DNA of 18,780 nucleotides from a virus: UHGV virus genome UHGV-1706803; one strand, written 5' to 3'. The notes below the pieces were generated by a model that saw only the letters and a program-made list of their open reading frames with translations, was not told where the DNA came from and ran no database searches. Numbering within the stretch: the first letter of the stretch is position 1; the number at the start of each line of letters is the position of its first letter. A program made the position numbers and the translations under genes. This document shows positions 18,672 through 18,780 of this stretch, piece by piece.

Positions 18672-18780
18672 CTAAAATCACAAATCATGAAACCCTGGTT
18701 CATGGCGGTTCTCAGGGGTGTTGCGCGTAATCGTGAAACAAAAAGGTAGATTGTTGCTTACCGTCATTCATCATTAGGTT

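Noticed and set aside
18433-18681. Minus-strand 82-aa ORF in the terminal non-coding region.
   Set aside because: No RBS and an odd W/Y/F-rich composition; it spans the repeat and palindrome elements. It is more likely non-coding att or regulatory DNA.
18263-18780. tRNA gene or tRNA 3' fragment marking the att core.
   Set aside because: I searched by eye for GGTTCGA / TCGAACC T-arm signatures and a CCA end and found none. The attP assignment therefore rests on repeats and position only.
18712-18780. Possible C-terminal fragment of a minus-strand gene (for example integrase) entering from beyond the window (...NLMMNDGKQQSTFLFHDYAQHP*).
   Set aside because: Only about 22 codons are visible and there is no recognisable tyrosine-recombinase C-terminal motif, so it cannot be supported from this window.
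1-18780. CRISPR arrays, rRNA or tRNA genes, IS elements, toxin-antitoxin pairs or known defence systems.
   Set aside because: No regularly spaced direct repeats, no structured RNA signatures, no terminal inverted repeats flanking a transposase, and no gene pairs resembling defence modules were seen.

Overview
This window is the late (morphogenesis) region of a P22-like (Lederbergvirus-type) podovirus or prophage, read on the + strand in canonical P22 order: small terminase (with the pac site inside it), large terminase, portal, scaffold, coat, gp4, gp10, tail needle gp26, gp14, ejection proteins gp7/gp20/gp16, an immI remnant, tailspike, and an O-antigen acyltransferase, followed by about 520 bp of non-coding DNA. 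Family calls rest on gene order, protein lengths and sequence motifs recalled from P22; no database search was possible. The head and terminase genes look P22-like, but there are several mosaic or accessory points: (i) a small-ORF cluster upstream of the terminase, including a 129-aa HExxH protein; (ii) a terminator plus an 80-aa ORF between coat and gp4; (iii) a tail needle with a shortened, AT-rich central segment; (iv) immI reduced to one minus-strand Mnt-like gene carrying an in-frame TAA, with no sieA, arc or ant; (v) a chimeric tailspike whose conserved head-binding domain is fused to an AT-rich, non-P22 receptor domain; (vi) an Oac-like acyltransferase in the same AT-rich block; (vii) a repeat-rich, attP-like non-coding region at the 3' end. 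I see no CRISPR array, tRNA or rRNA, and no recognisable defence system; the most unusual content is the tailspike/acyltransferase cassette and the broken Mnt locus.
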